Source: Nitrospirota bacterium (GTDB taxonomy: Bacteria > Nitrospirota > Thermodesulfovibrionia > Thermodesulfovibrionales > JdFR-88). Taken from it: a stretch of DNA of 64,000 nt. A program made the position numbers and the translations under genes. The stretch is from NCBI GenBank assembly GCA_021789555.1, contig JAJYJK010000006.1:36445-100444 (forward strand), given 5' to 3'. The notes below the pieces were generated by a model. The model searched no databases, was not told where the DNA came from, and was given only the letters and a program-made list of their open reading frames with translations. Below, in pieces: positions 17,218 to 26,902 of this stretch (position 1 is its first letter; each line of letters opens with the position of its first letter).

Positions 17218-18298
17218 ACACGTGCTTGCGGTCAAGGCCTACGTGCCGGGCAAGCCGGTCAAGGAGCTTGAGCGGGAGCTTGGCATCAGAAATCCGGTAA
17301 AGCTCGCCTCGAACGAAAACCCGCTTGGCCCATCCGCCATGGCCCTTGAGGCGATCGCCGGGGCCAGTCGGGACATTCACAGATACCCCGACGGCAGCGG
17401 CTATTACCTGAAAAATGCGCTCTCCCGGCGTCTTGGCATAGACCCCGGCTGCATCATCCTCGGAAACGGCTCCAACGAGCTTATCGATATCGCCGTCAGG
17501 ACTTTCATGGTCCCCGGCGATGAGGCCGTAATGGCCACGCCTTCATTTGTCGTCTATTCAATGGCGGTGACGCTTGGCGGGGGAAAGGCCGTTGAAATCC
17601 CCCTGGGCGGTCCCGCTTTCGGACACGACCTGCCCGCGATGCGAAATGCAGTGGGCCCGAAGACCCGGATGTTTTTCATCGCGAACCCCAACAACCCGAC
17701 GGGGACGATAAACCGCCGGGAAGAATACGGCCGTCTCTTTGCCGGCCTCCCGGAGGACGTCCTTGTCGTGCTGGACGAGGCGTACGTGGAATACGTGAGC
17801 CATCCGGATTATCCCGACAGCATGAGATACCTGCTTGAAGGCAAAAACGTGCTCATACTGAGGACGTTTTCAAAGATATACGGGCTTGCCGGTCTCAGGG
17901 TCGGCTACGGCATAAGCAAACCGGGCATCCTGGCCCAGATGGAGAGGGTCAGGGCGCCGTTCAATACGAACTCCATAGGCCAGGCGGCCGCCATCCGCGC
18001 CCTTGAGGACGAAGCGCACGTGGCAAGGTCCCGGGCCGTCAACGAGGAGGGCAAGGTTTTACTTTACAGAGAGCTCTCTGCGCTCGGCGTAGACTTTGTA
18101 AAGACGGAGGCCAATTTCATCTATATGCGCGTCAGCGACGCCCAGGCGCTTTTTAATGCCCTGCTTAAAGCCGGGGTGATAATAAGGCCCATGGGCGGCA
18201 AGGCCGTCCGCGTCACGATAGGGCTTCCAATGGACAACAGGAGATTCCTTGACGCGCTGAAGGCGGTCTTAAAAGCGGACGATTCAATTAAAAAATAA
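17198..18298 (+). CDS. hisC: histidinol-phosphate / aromatic aminotransferase
   Basis: LASNENPLGP, NPNNPTG and the TFSKIYGLAGLRVGY (PLP lysine) motifs. Confidence 0.85.
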   Translation: MMIKAPEHVLAVKAYVPGKPVKELERELGIRNPVKLASNENPLGPSAMALEAIAGASRDIHRYPDGSGYYLKNALSRRLGIDPGCIILGNGSNELIDIAVRTFMVPGDEAVMATPSFVVYSMAVTLGGGKAVEIPLGGPAFGHDLPAMRNAVGPKTRMFFIANPNNPTGTINRREEYGRLFAGLPEDVLVVLDEAYVEYVSHPDYPDSMRYLLEGKNVLILRTFSKIYGLAGLRVGYGISKPGILAQMERVRAPFNTNSIGQAAAIRALEDEAHVARSRAVNEEGKVLLYRELSALGVDFVKTEANFIYMRVSDAQALFNALLKAGVIIRPMGGKAVRVTIGLPMDNRRFLDALKAVLKADDSIKK

Positions 18299-18334
18299 AA
18301 AATTAAAAATAAAAATCATTTTTGGAGGAAAGAG

Positions 18335-19360
18335 TTGGATATAATCGTACTTAAGCCAGGCGCAGCGGATGAGCAGATCAGACACATAATCAAAAAACTG
18401 GAGGGCCTGGGGCTTACCGCCCATCTGTCCAAGGGGACCGAGAGGACCGTCATCGGCGTCATCGGAGACACCTCAAAGGTGACCGAGGATACGGATGACG
18501 GTTTCCGTGCAATCCCCGGCGTCGAGAGCGTCATGCGCATACTAAAACCCTTCAAGCTCGCAAGCAGGGAGTTCAAGAAAACACCCACGGTGATAAAGGT
18601 GGGGGAAACAGCGATAGGGGGCAGGAAGATATGCGTCATCGCCGGGCCCTGCTCTGTCGAGAGCAAGGCGATGATGATAGAGACCGCGAAGCAGGTAAAA
18701 AAGGCGGGGGCGAGTTTCCTGAGGGGCGGCGCCTTCAAGCCGCGCACCTCGCCCTACTCCTTTCAGGGACTTGGGGAGGAGGGCCTGAAATACCTGGAGG
18801 CCTCCAGGCAGAAGACGGGGCTTCCCATCGTGACGGAGCTGATGGACCCGAGGGACATTGAAGCGGTGGAGCAGTACTCGGACATAATACAGATAGGGAC
18901 CAGGAACATGCAGAATTTCAGGCTCCTGCTGGAAGTGGGCCAGAGCAGGAAACCCGTCCTCCTTAAGCGCGGGCTTGCCGCCACCATAAAGGAATGGCTG
19001 ATGTCGGCCGAATATATCATGAGCAGGGGCAACCACAACGTCATAATGTGCGAAAGGGGAATCCGGACGTTCGAGACGTCCACCAGGAACACCCTCGATC
19101 TGAGCGCCGTGCCCGTGCTGAAGAAACTCACGCACCTGCCCGTGATCGTCGACCCGAGCCACGGGGTCGGGGTGCTCGACCATATACCCGCGATGGCCAA
19201 GGCCGCGGTCGCCGCGGGCGCCGACGGGCTCCTCATAGAGGTCCACCCGAACCCCGAAGAGGCGCTGTCGGACGGCGAGCAGTCGCTAACACCGGAGATG
19301 TTCAAAAAGCTGATGAAGGAGCTTGCGCCCGTGGCTAAGGCTGTGGGAAGGGAGATTTAA
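18335..19360 (+). CDS. aroF: 3-deoxy-7-phosphoheptulonate (DAHP) synthase, type I-beta with N-terminal regulatory domain
   Basis: TTG start after GGAGGAAAGAG. The core (GPCSVES...[17 protein letters not shown]...DPSH) follows a ferredoxin-like N-terminal domain. Confidence 0.85.
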   Translation: MDIIVLKPGAADEQIRHIIKKLEGLGLTAHLSKGTERTVIGVIGDTSKVTEDTDDGFRAIPGVESVMRILKPFKLASREFKKTPTVIKVGETAIGGRKICVIAGPCSVESKAMMIETAKQVKKAGASFLRGGAFKPRTSPYSFQGLGEEGLKYLEASRQKTGLPIVTELMDPRDIEAVEQYSDIIQIGTRNMQNFRLLLEVGQSRKPVLLKRGLAATIKEWLMSAEYIMSRGNHNVIMCERGIRTFETSTRNTLDLSAVPVLKKLTHLPVIVDPSHGVGVLDHIPAMAKAAVAAGADGLLIEVHPNPEEALSDGEQSLTPEMFKKLMKELAPVAKAVGREI

Positions 19361-19408
19361 AGCCCAGGCTTTCCGGTTTTTTGACCGCGGACTCTTCGGG
19401 AAAACGCG

Positions 19409-20290
19409 ATGGTTTTTTTCAGGAAAACGGCAATATTGGGGGTTGGGCTCTTGGGGGCCTCGCTTGCGCTCGCCATGAGGGACAAGGGGCTCACCGAAGA
19501 GATATCCGGCTTCGGGCGGAGCGCGGAGAACCTTGAAAAGGCGAAGGCCAGGGGGATAATAGACACCTGCCATCCCGATGACCCCGCGGCCGCCGCGGCA
19601 GGCGCGGACCTCGTTGTGCTGGCTACCCCCGTGGGTATTTTTACTCAGATCGCTAAGGCCATAAGAGACTCGATAAAAAAAGACTCCATCCAGACGGACC
19701 TGGGCAGCCTTAAAGGCGGGCTCGTTTATGAGCTGGAGGAGATATTGCCGCGTTTTGTCGGCTGCCATCCCATCGCGGGCGGAGAGCGCATGGGCATCGG
19801 GGCGGCCTCGGAACGCCTCTTCGAAGGCTCAAAGTGCATCATCACCAGGACGGAGAAGGCGAACGCGCGGGCCGTGGATGCGATGGCCGGCCTCTGGAGC
19901 GCTGTCGGCTGTGAGGTCGAATTCATGGACCCCTTCGTCCACGACGAGGTCTATGCGCTTGTAAGCCACCTGCCCCACCTGGTCGCGTATGCGCTGGTAA
20001 ATACCGTGGGCGATACGGACGGCGATCTCATAAGGTTCGCGGGCAAGGGGTTTAGAGACTCCTCCCGGATCGCCATGAGCTCCCCCGAGCTTTGGCGCGA
20101 CATCTGCCGGATGAATAAAGACAACCTCCTGCGGTTCACAGGCGTCTTCAAAAAGAACCTGGAGCGGATTGAGGCCCTCCTCAAAAGCGGGGAACCAGGG
20201 GCGCTGGAGCGCGAATTCGACTCCGCCAGAAAGCTTAGGAGCCGGCTTGAAAATGAAAATGGAAATGAAAATAAAAATGGGAATGGATAA
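19409..20290 (+). CDS. tyrA: prephenate dehydrogenase
   Basis: Rossmann N-terminus (ILGVGLLGASLA), the HPIAG motif and operon context. The C-terminus carries an ENENGNENKNGNG repeat tail. Confidence 0.85.
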   Translation: MVFFRKTAILGVGLLGASLALAMRDKGLTEEISGFGRSAENLEKAKARGIIDTCHPDDPAAAAAGADLVVLATPVGIFTQIAKAIRDSIKKDSIQTDLGSLKGGLVYELEEILPRFVGCHPIAGGERMGIGAASERLFEGSKCIITRTEKANARAVDAMAGLWSAVGCEVEFMDPFVHDEVYALVSHLPHLVAYALVNTVGDTDGDLIRFAGKGFRDSSRIAMSSPELWRDICRMNKDNLLRFTGVFKKNLERIEALLKSGEPGALEREFDSARKLRSRLENENGNENKNGNG

Positions 20291-21681
20291 TGAGAATAAC
20301 CATTGAGCCGGGGGGCCCCCTAAAGGGGGAACTCACCCCGCCCCCCGATAAATCCATCTCCCACAGGGCCGTCATGCTCGCTTCCATTGCAAAAGGGAAA
20401 AGCAGAATCGAAGACCTTTTGTTAGCGGCCGATACCATCTCTACCTTAAAAGCCATAAAGCTTCTAGGCGCGAAAATAAAGGGTTATGGACAGAAAATAC
20501 CTGTTCCGGGTTTCGGTGCTCGTTATCAAAATTATGAGATAACCGGAAATGGTTTGTACGGTCTCTCTGAGCCTGCTTCGTTTATAAATTGCGGAAATTC
20601 CGGGACAACAACAAGACTGCTTTGCGGACTGCTATCCGGCAATCCTTTTTTTTCGGTCCTCTCCGGAGACAAATCGCTTAACTCAAGGCCAATGAAACGG
20701 GTAATTAAACCGCTTGCGGAGATGGGGGCGCAGATCATGGCCAGGGCATCGGATTCCTATCCGCCCATTGCGATCAGGGGGGGCAAACTGAAAGGGATCA
20801 AATATGAGATGCCCGTTGCCTCGGCGCAGGTAAAATCCGCGCTCATGTTGGCCGGGCTATATGCGGATGGCGAGACCGCAATAAAAGAACCCTCCCCCTC
20901 CAGGGACCATACTGAAAAGATGCTATCTTCGATGGGCGCAGAAGTAAAAGAAGAATGGGGAATAAAAGAAGGATACATAACCGAGGATTTTATGGGCATG
21001 GGCGCAGAACATGTAATAAAAATACGAAAAATGTCGAATGAGCTAAACCCGTTCGAAATCAGAATACCCGGCGATTTTTCCTCGGCGGCTTTCTTTATAG
21101 TAGGCGCGCTGATAACCCGGAATTCCGAAATCCTCATAAAAAATGTTTGCCTGAATCCGACAAGGACCGGATTTTTGGGCGCACTCAAATCGATGGGCGC
21201 AAAAATAGATGTAGAAAATCTGAAAGTGATCTCGGGCGATCTCGTTGGGGACCTGCGCGTAAAAGGAGACCAGGAACTCAGAGCGATAAATATAGGCAAA
21301 TCTTCGGTCCCGCTTATGATAGACGAACTCCCCATTCTGTTTATCGCCGCCGCCTGCGCTAAAGGCCGCTCGGAGATAAGAGGCGCGGCAGATCTCAGGG
21401 TAAAGGAATCCGATCGCATAAAGGCCATGGCCGCGGGACTGAAGGCCATGGATATAGAGGTTGAGGAATTCGAAGACGGCCTGGCTATAACCGGGGGCAA
21501 AATGAAAGGGGCCCGGATCGATTCGTTCGGAGACCACAGGATCGCCATGTCCTTCGCTATGGCCGGACTGGCCGCTTCCGGAATTACAGAAATAGAAAAT
21601 GGGCGGGAAGCCGTGAAAATATCGTATCCAGAATTTTTTCCCAGACTGTATGAACTGCTGGGATCATCCCGAAATGACTGA
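20290..21681 (+). CDS. aroA: 3-phosphoshikimate 1-carboxyvinyltransferase (EPSP synthase)
   Basis: PPDKSISHRA, NCGNSGTTTRLL, LRVKESDRI and FGDHRIAMSFA motifs. GC is visibly lower than in the flanking genes. Confidence 0.9.
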   Translation: MRITIEPGGPLKGELTPPPDKSISHRAVMLASIAKGKSRIEDLLLAADTISTLKAIKLLGAKIKGYGQKIPVPGFGARYQNYEITGNGLYGLSEPASFINCGNSGTTTRLLCGLLSGNPFFSVLSGDKSLNSRPMKRVIKPLAEMGAQIMARASDSYPPIAIRGGKLKGIKYEMPVASAQVKSALMLAGLYADGETAIKEPSPSRDHTEKMLSSMGAEVKEEWGIKEGYITEDFMGMGAEHVIKIRKMSNELNPFEIRIPGDFSSAAFFIVGALITRNSEILIKNVCLNPTRTGFLGALKSMGAKIDVENLKVISGDLVGDLRVKGDQELRAINIGKSSVPLMIDELPILFIAAACAKGRSEIRGAADLRVKESDRIKAMAAGLKAMDIEVEEFEDGLAITGGKMKGARIDSFGDHRIAMSFAMAGLAASGITEIENGREAVKISYPEFFPRLYELLGSSRND

Positions 21682-21716
21682 TTATCAAGAGGTTCACAAG
21701 TATGATTGCTTTGTTT

Positions 21717-21816
21717 GTCATTCCCGCGCAGGCGGGAATCCAGAGATTTTTAAAACCTGCCCTCGCAGACCATAAGCGGGGGGCCTTGGATTCCCGATTA
21801 AGACCTCGGGAATGAC
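21717..21816. repeat. 100-bp palindromic (MITE/REP-like) intergenic element
   Basis: The termini GTCATTCCCG and CGGGAATGAC are reverse complements. Nested pair: GCGGGAATCC and GGATTCCCG. Internal hairpin: attcccgc-gcag-gcgggaat. Confidence 0.6.
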
Positions 21817-21887
21817 GGATTTTAACGAAGGGAAGGATACCTTACTTAGGTACTGCTGGTAAAATATGGGTAAAGTAGTGGCCATAG

Positions 21888-22586
21888 ATGGCCCCTGGTT
21901 TTCAATTGGGTAAGGTCGTGGCCATAGATGGCCCCTCCGGGGCGGGCAAAAGCACCGTCGCCAGGGCGCTGGCCCGGGCGCTCGGGTTTCATTACCTGGA
22001 TACCGGCGCGCTTTACAGGGCGGCCGCCCTTGCGCTCTTGAAAAAAGGCCTCACGCCGGAGGCGGGCGATGAAGAAATAAAAACGGCGCTTGAAGGGCAT
22101 GACGCCCACGACGGCGTGTCGATAGAGTTCAGGGACGAGCGGGTCCTGTTGAACGGCGAGGATGTCTCGGATGAGATAAGGACGAAAGAGGCGGGCCATT
22201 ATTCCTCCGTATTTTCGGCCCGAAAACCCGTGAGGGAATTTCTGCTGCCGCTGCAAAGGAAACTGGGAAGAAACCGAAACCTTGTGGCGGAGGGCAGAGA
22301 CATGACGACCGTGGTCTTCCCACGCGCCTGGAAAAAATTTTATCTGGACGCCTCGACCGAGGAAAGGGCCAGAAGGAGATATGACCAATTAAGGGCGGCA
22401 AGCATGAAGATATCGAGACAGGACGCCATGGAAGATGTGGCCAAACGCGACCATCGGGACTCTTCCAGGCAACTGGCGCCCCTGAAAAGGAGCCCGGAGG
22501 CCGTTTACCTGGACACTACGGACCTCTCGCTGGAGGAAGTGATAAAAAAGCTGCTGGCCGCCATAAAGGGGCCGGGTGTAAGATGA
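21888..22586 (+). CDS. cmk: cytidylate kinase
   Basis: P-loop IDGPSGAGKST and the GRDMTTVVFP motif. The true start may be the TTG at 21906, because the start region is tandemly duplicated. Confidence 0.85.
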   Translation: MAPGFQLGKVVAIDGPSGAGKSTVARALARALGFHYLDTGALYRAAALALLKKGLTPEAGDEEIKTALEGHDAHDGVSIEFRDERVLLNGEDVSDEIRTKEAGHYSSVFSARKPVREFLLPLQRKLGRNRNLVAEGRDMTTVVFPRAWKKFYLDASTEERARRRYDQLRAASMKISRQDAMEDVAKRDHRDSSRQLAPLKRSPEAVYLDTTDLSLEEVIKKLLAAIKGPGVR

Positions 22587-23194
22587 GTTCCTACTATGTA
22601 TTCAGGGAGATTTTCGATCTCTACTTCAGGGTCTACAACAGGCTGGAGGTGCAAGGCAGGCAGCACATGCCCCGCTCCGGGGGCCTGATAGTCGTCTCAA
22701 ACCACTCCAGTTATCTGGACCCGCTTGTGATCGGCTGCGCGGTGGCCAGGCGGATGACCTTTATTGCCAAGAAGGAACTATTCGGAATACCGCTTGTAGG
22801 CACATTCGTAAAGAGCTTTTCTGTGCCCGTGGACCGCGACAGGACGTCTCACGCGGTAATCAGGGAGCTTGTCAGGCGCCTTTGCCTCGGGGAGGCGGTC
22901 GCCATGTTCCCGGCCGGCGAAAGGGACAAGGCAGGCGACGGCGCGGAGGCCGGTTTCAAACGCGGGCTGGGCCTGCTTGCCAGGCTCTCGAAGGCAAGCG
23001 TGCTGCCGGCCTACATAGAAGGTACGGACAGGTCGCTCCCCGTAAGCGGAAAATTCCCGAAGCCATCAAAGATATCGGTCCGGTTCGCCCCCTGCCTGAA
23101 CCTGAAATCCGGAGAGCCGGACGCCGAGGAGATGGCCTTCATGGCGATGGAGAGCATAAACGGGCTTAAAAACAAGGGATTGAAACTTCTTTAA
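22583..23194 (+). CDS. plsC: 1-acyl-sn-glycerol-3-phosphate acyltransferase
   Basis: HX4D acyltransferase motif (NHSSYLDP) and the FPAGER motif. Confidence 0.8.
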   Translation: MSSYYVFREIFDLYFRVYNRLEVQGRQHMPRSGGLIVVSNHSSYLDPLVIGCAVARRMTFIAKKELFGIPLVGTFVKSFSVPVDRDRTSHAVIRELVRRLCLGEAVAMFPAGERDKAGDGAEAGFKRGLGLLARLSKASVLPAYIEGTDRSLPVSGKFPKPSKISVRFAPCLNLKSGEPDAEEMAFMAMESINGLKNKGLKLL

Positions 23195-23209
23195 AAAAAA
23201 CAAAAAAAC

Positions 23210-24076
23210 ATGAAACTGGTAATCGCAAAAAGCGCAGGCTTCTGCTTCGGGGTGAAAAGGGCCATTAACAAGGCCTTCGAGGTGGCCAAGGCCGACAGAA
23301 ACGTCTTTACGCTGGGGCCCATAATCCACAACCCCCAGGTGATAGAGGCCCTGGCCGCCCAGGGCGTGGGCGTTGCCAGGGATATTACGGAGCTTAAACA
23401 GGCCAATGCGAAAAAGGTGATCATAAGGACGCACGGCATCTCCCTCGAGGACATGAGCATGCTGAAGCAGGAGGGTTTCGACGTGATGGACCTGACCTGC
23501 CCCTATGTCAAAAAAGCGCAGCATTATGCTAAACTTCTTAAGAAAGAAGGCTACCAGGTAGTCATTCTGGGCGATATCGAACACCCCGAAGTAATCGGCC
23601 TGAAGAGCTACGCCGGAAAAGCCGCCTGGGTGGTGAAGGACGCGGAGGGCCTCCCTAAAGAGATCAAAAGCAAGGTTGGTCTTATCGTGCAGACCACCCA
23701 GCCCATAGAGGCCTTGAAGAGGCTTATATCGAAGGTAGTTGAGCAAACAAGACAGATGAAGGTTTATAATACGATATGCAGCTCGACTGCGCAAAAACTC
23801 AAGGAGACCGAAGAAGTGGCCAAGGGCGCGGACGTAATGCTTGTGGTGGGGGGCAGAAACAGCGCCAATACCACACAGCTTGCCAGGCTGTGTGAGCATC
23901 TCTCGGTGCCTACCCATCACATAGAGACTGCGGGCGAATTGCAGGAAAGATGGTTCAGGGGGGCACGGAAGATCGGCTTGACCGCGGGCGCATCCACCCC
24001 GGACTGGATTATAGAGGGCGTTATCAAAGTTTTGAAGGATATGGGAGGTTGTAATGACAATGGAAATCAACGATAA
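23210..24076 (+). CDS. ispH: 4-hydroxy-3-methylbut-2-enyl diphosphate reductase
   Basis: AGFCFGVKRAI, GPIIHNPQV, TCPYVKK and VVGGRNSANT motifs. Confidence 0.9.
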   Translation: MKLVIAKSAGFCFGVKRAINKAFEVAKADRNVFTLGPIIHNPQVIEALAAQGVGVARDITELKQANAKKVIIRTHGISLEDMSMLKQEGFDVMDLTCPYVKKAQHYAKLLKKEGYQVVILGDIEHPEVIGLKSYAGKAAWVVKDAEGLPKEIKSKVGLIVQTTQPIEALKRLISKVVEQTRQMKVYNTICSSTAQKLKETEEVAKGADVMLVVGGRNSANTTQLARLCEHLSVPTHHIETAGELQERWFRGARKIGLTAGASTPDWIIEGVIKVLKDMGGCNDNGNQR

Positions 24077-25643
24077 CGAGCTTCAAAGGCTGTACGAGCA
24101 GAGTTTTCATGAGATCGAAGCCGGCACTTTAATAAAGGGCAAGGTTATTTCGGTAAAGGAAAACGGCGTGGTTGTGGACGTGGGTTACAAGTCCGAGGGT
24201 TTCATCTCGAGGGATGAGTTCTCCGAGGGGGAGATGGAGAATCTGCACCTGGGCGACGTCCTGGAAGTCTATATCAGGCAGCTCTCCGATTCCGAAGGCA
24301 TGGTGGTGCTCTCGCGGAGGCAGGCCATAAGAATAAAGGCCTGGGAATACGTGGAGGACGCGCTCAGAAACGAGCAGCCCGTCGAGGGCGTGATAACCGG
24401 AAAGACAAAGGGCGGCCTCTTTGTGGACGTCTTCGGGCTGAAGGCCTTCCTTCCGGGCTCTCACGCCGGGGTGAAGGTCAGCGAGATAGATTCATCCATA
24501 GGGCTGAAGCTGAAATTCAAGGTCCTGAAGACCAACAACAAGCACACCACCCTGGTGGTCTCGAGGAAAAGCCTTATAGACGAGGAGAGGCAGAAGAAAA
24601 AGGTCGAGACCCTGCAGCGCCTCCAGGAAGGCGCCGTGCTCAGCGGCACGGTAAAAAACATCACCGACTACGGGGCCTTCATAGACCTGGGCGGCCTTGA
24701 CGGGCTGCTGCACATATCCGATATGTCCTGGGGCAGGATTTCACATCCCTCCGAGATGCTGAAAGTCGGCCAGGAAGTCGATGTGCTGGTGCTGAAATTC
24801 GACCCGGCAAACGAGAAGGTCACGCTGGGGTACAAGCAGAAGATGCCGGACCCCTGGAGCAATGTCGATGAAAAATACCCCGCGGGCAGCAGGGTCGCGG
24901 GCAAGGTCGTCAGCATCACCGATTACGGGGCATTCGTAAAGGTGGAGGAAGGCCTTGAAGGGCTGGTCCATGTCTCCGAGATGGACTGGGCGCCCAAACC
25001 CAAGCATCCCTCGAAATATGTCCAGCCGGGCGACGAGGTGGAAGCGCTCGTCCTGAAGGCCGACAGGGAGGAAAGAAGGCTTTCGCTTTCGCTGAAACAG
25101 CTGAAACCCTCCCCCTGGCAGCTTGTGGCTGAAAACTATGCCCCCGGCAAGATCATCTCCGGCAAGGTAAAGAGCGTGACGGACTTCGGTGTCTTCGTCG
25201 GTCTGCCCGAGGGGGTCGACGGCCTTATCCACATCTCCGACATCTCATGGACGAAGCACATAAAGCACCCCAACGAGGTCATCAAGAAGGGCCAGAAGGT
25301 GGATGCGGTGGTGCTCAACGTCGAGACCGAAAAGGAAAGGATCGCGCTTGGGCTCAAACAACTGAGGCCCGATCCCTGGATCGAGGAGATACCGCAGAAA
25401 TTCCATCTGGGCTCGGAAGTCGAATGCACCGTGCTGAGGCTTACCGACTTCGGCATATTCGTCGAGATGCCCGGCGAGATCGAGGGGCTCATCTATTCCT
25501 CCGAGACCCTGAGGGACGAGGACAACCCCGTTAAGGAGGGCGATACCCTTTGGGCCAGGATCATAAAGATAGACCTGGAAAACCGCAAGATCGGGCTCTC
25601 TATGAAGAACGTCAGGACGCAAAAGGTCCAGTCGGAGGAATAG
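24054..25643 (+). CDS. rpsA: 30S ribosomal protein S1
   Basis: Six S1 repeats (e.g. GTVKNITDYGAFIDLGGLDGLLHISDMSW). Classical cmk...rpsA neighbourhood. Confidence 0.9.
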   Translation: MTMEINDNELQRLYEQSFHEIEAGTLIKGKVISVKENGVVVDVGYKSEGFISRDEFSEGEMENLHLGDVLEVYIRQLSDSEGMVVLSRRQAIRIKAWEYVEDALRNEQPVEGVITGKTKGGLFVDVFGLKAFLPGSHAGVKVSEIDSSIGLKLKFKVLKTNNKHTTLVVSRKSLIDEERQKKKVETLQRLQEGAVLSGTVKNITDYGAFIDLGGLDGLLHISDMSWGRISHPSEMLKVGQEVDVLVLKFDPANEKVTLGYKQKMPDPWSNVDEKYPAGSRVAGKVVSITDYGAFVKVEEGLEGLVHVSEMDWAPKPKHPSKYVQPGDEVEALVLKADREERRLSLSLKQLKPSPWQLVAENYAPGKIISGKVKSVTDFGVFVGLPEGVDGLIHISDISWTKHIKHPNEVIKKGQKVDAVVLNVETEKERIALGLKQLRPDPWIEEIPQKFHLGSEVECTVLRLTDFGIFVEMPGEIEGLIYSSETLRDEDNPVKEGDTLWARIIKIDLENRKIGLSMKNVRTQKVQSEE

Positions 25644-25650
25644 GGCGAAT

Positions 25651-26490
25651 TTGAAAAAAATCTGCCTCGTGCTCTCCGGACTGGTGCTCATGCTGCTGAT
25701 CATCGGGGCTGCGATGGCTTTTTTCTCCAAAATCCAGGCGGGCGAAAAAATCGGGCTCGTCAGGGTCGAGGGCCCCATCACGGATTCAGGCAATATAATC
25801 GATGAGATCAAGGACTACGCGTCGGACCCGTCGATAAAGGCCATCGTCATGAGGGTTGACAGCCCCGGCGGCGGCGTTGCCCCCTCCCAGGAGATATACG
25901 AGGAGGTCAGGAAGGCGGCGGCAAAAAAATTCGTGGTCGTCTCGATGGGGTCGCTTGCGGCCTCGGGCGGCTATTACATCTCGGTGCCGGCCACCAGGAT
26001 ATTCGCAAACCCGGGCACGATAACGGGCTCTATCGGCGTCATAATGGAAGTGCCCAATATCCAGGGGCTGCTTGGCAAGCTGGGAGTGAAAACCGAGGTC
26101 ATCAAAAGCGGCAGAAACAAGGACTTGGGCTCGCTGTTTAAAGCCATGCCCCCGGAGCAGCGCCGTATCCTCCAGGAGGCCCTCGATAATGTGCACGAGC
26201 AGTTCATCGAGGCGGTGGCCAGCGGCAGAAAAATCCCGCTGGACAGGGTAAAGGCGCTTGCGGACGGGCGGATATTCACCGGCGAGCAGGCCAAGGCCCT
26301 GAAACTCGTGGACAACCTGGGGGACCTCGAGGACGCGATAGCGGCCGCCAAGACCATGGCCGGCATCAAGGGGAAGCCCTCAATCGTCAAAAAGAAGAAG
26401 GGCCATGGGATACTCGGCCTGCTGGACTCGAAGATATCGCTGCCGGATATCTATCCGTTTTTCAAGATGAGTTATCTATTCTCTCCATAG
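25651..26490 (+). CDS. sppA: signal peptide peptidase SppA (36K type)
   Basis: TTG start, N-terminal TM segment, and the VMRVDSPGG and SMGSLAASGGYYIS (catalytic Ser) motifs. Confidence 0.85.
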   Translation: MKKICLVLSGLVLMLLIIGAAMAFFSKIQAGEKIGLVRVEGPITDSGNIIDEIKDYASDPSIKAIVMRVDSPGGGVAPSQEIYEEVRKAAAKKFVVVSMGSLAASGGYYISVPATRIFANPGTITGSIGVIMEVPNIQGLLGKLGVKTEVIKSGRNKDLGSLFKAMPPEQRRILQEALDNVHEQFIEAVASGRKIPLDRVKALADGRIFTGEQAKALKLVDNLGDLEDAIAAAKTMAGIKGKPSIVKKKKGHGILGLLDSKISLPDIYPFFKMSYLFSP

Positions 26491-26504
26491 GAGGGTTCTT
26501 TATT

Positions 26505-26795
26505 ATGACCAAGTCCGGCCTTATAGAGAAAGTGGCGGCAAAAGTCGAAGGACTTACCCTGAAGCAGACGGAGATAATAGTCGATACCGTATTCGACAGC
26601 ATGAAGGAGGCCCTCGCCGGCGGCGACAAGATCGAGATTAGGGGGTTTGGCAATTTCAGGCTGCGCGAGAGGCGGCCGCGGAAGGCCAGAAACCCGAAGA
26701 CAGGCGAAAGTGTCGACGTGCCCCAGAAGGTCGCGCTCCACTTCAAGATGGGCAAGGCCCTCAAGGAGTCGTTGAACCTGGACTCCAGGGGCTGA
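26505..26795 (+). CDS. HU/IHF family DNA-binding protein (IHF beta-like)
   Basis: RGFGNFRLRERRPRKARNPKTGESVDVP arm motif. Confidence 0.8.
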   Translation: MTKSGLIEKVAAKVEGLTLKQTEIIVDTVFDSMKEALAGGDKIEIRGFGNFRLRERRPRKARNPKTGESVDVPQKVALHFKMGKALKESLNLDSRG

Positions 26796-26902
26796 ATACC
26801 GAGAGGAATACCGATTGAGTCTGCGCGCACGGCTTCAAACCGGCAGGACCTTCGCTTCGGGATAATCGCCACTGCCGCGTATACGGCGTCTTCTTCGGTC
26901 AA

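Noticed and set aside
23066-24070. 334-aa minus-strand ORF. Similar long antisense ORFs lie at 30193-31161, 45298-46233, 61566-62459, 50498-51382, 41578-42405 and 20757-21548.
   Set aside because: Each lies opposite a gene with strong family motifs (ispH, ffh, scpA, galT, bd-like oxidase, the PFK-like gene, aroA). None has motif support.
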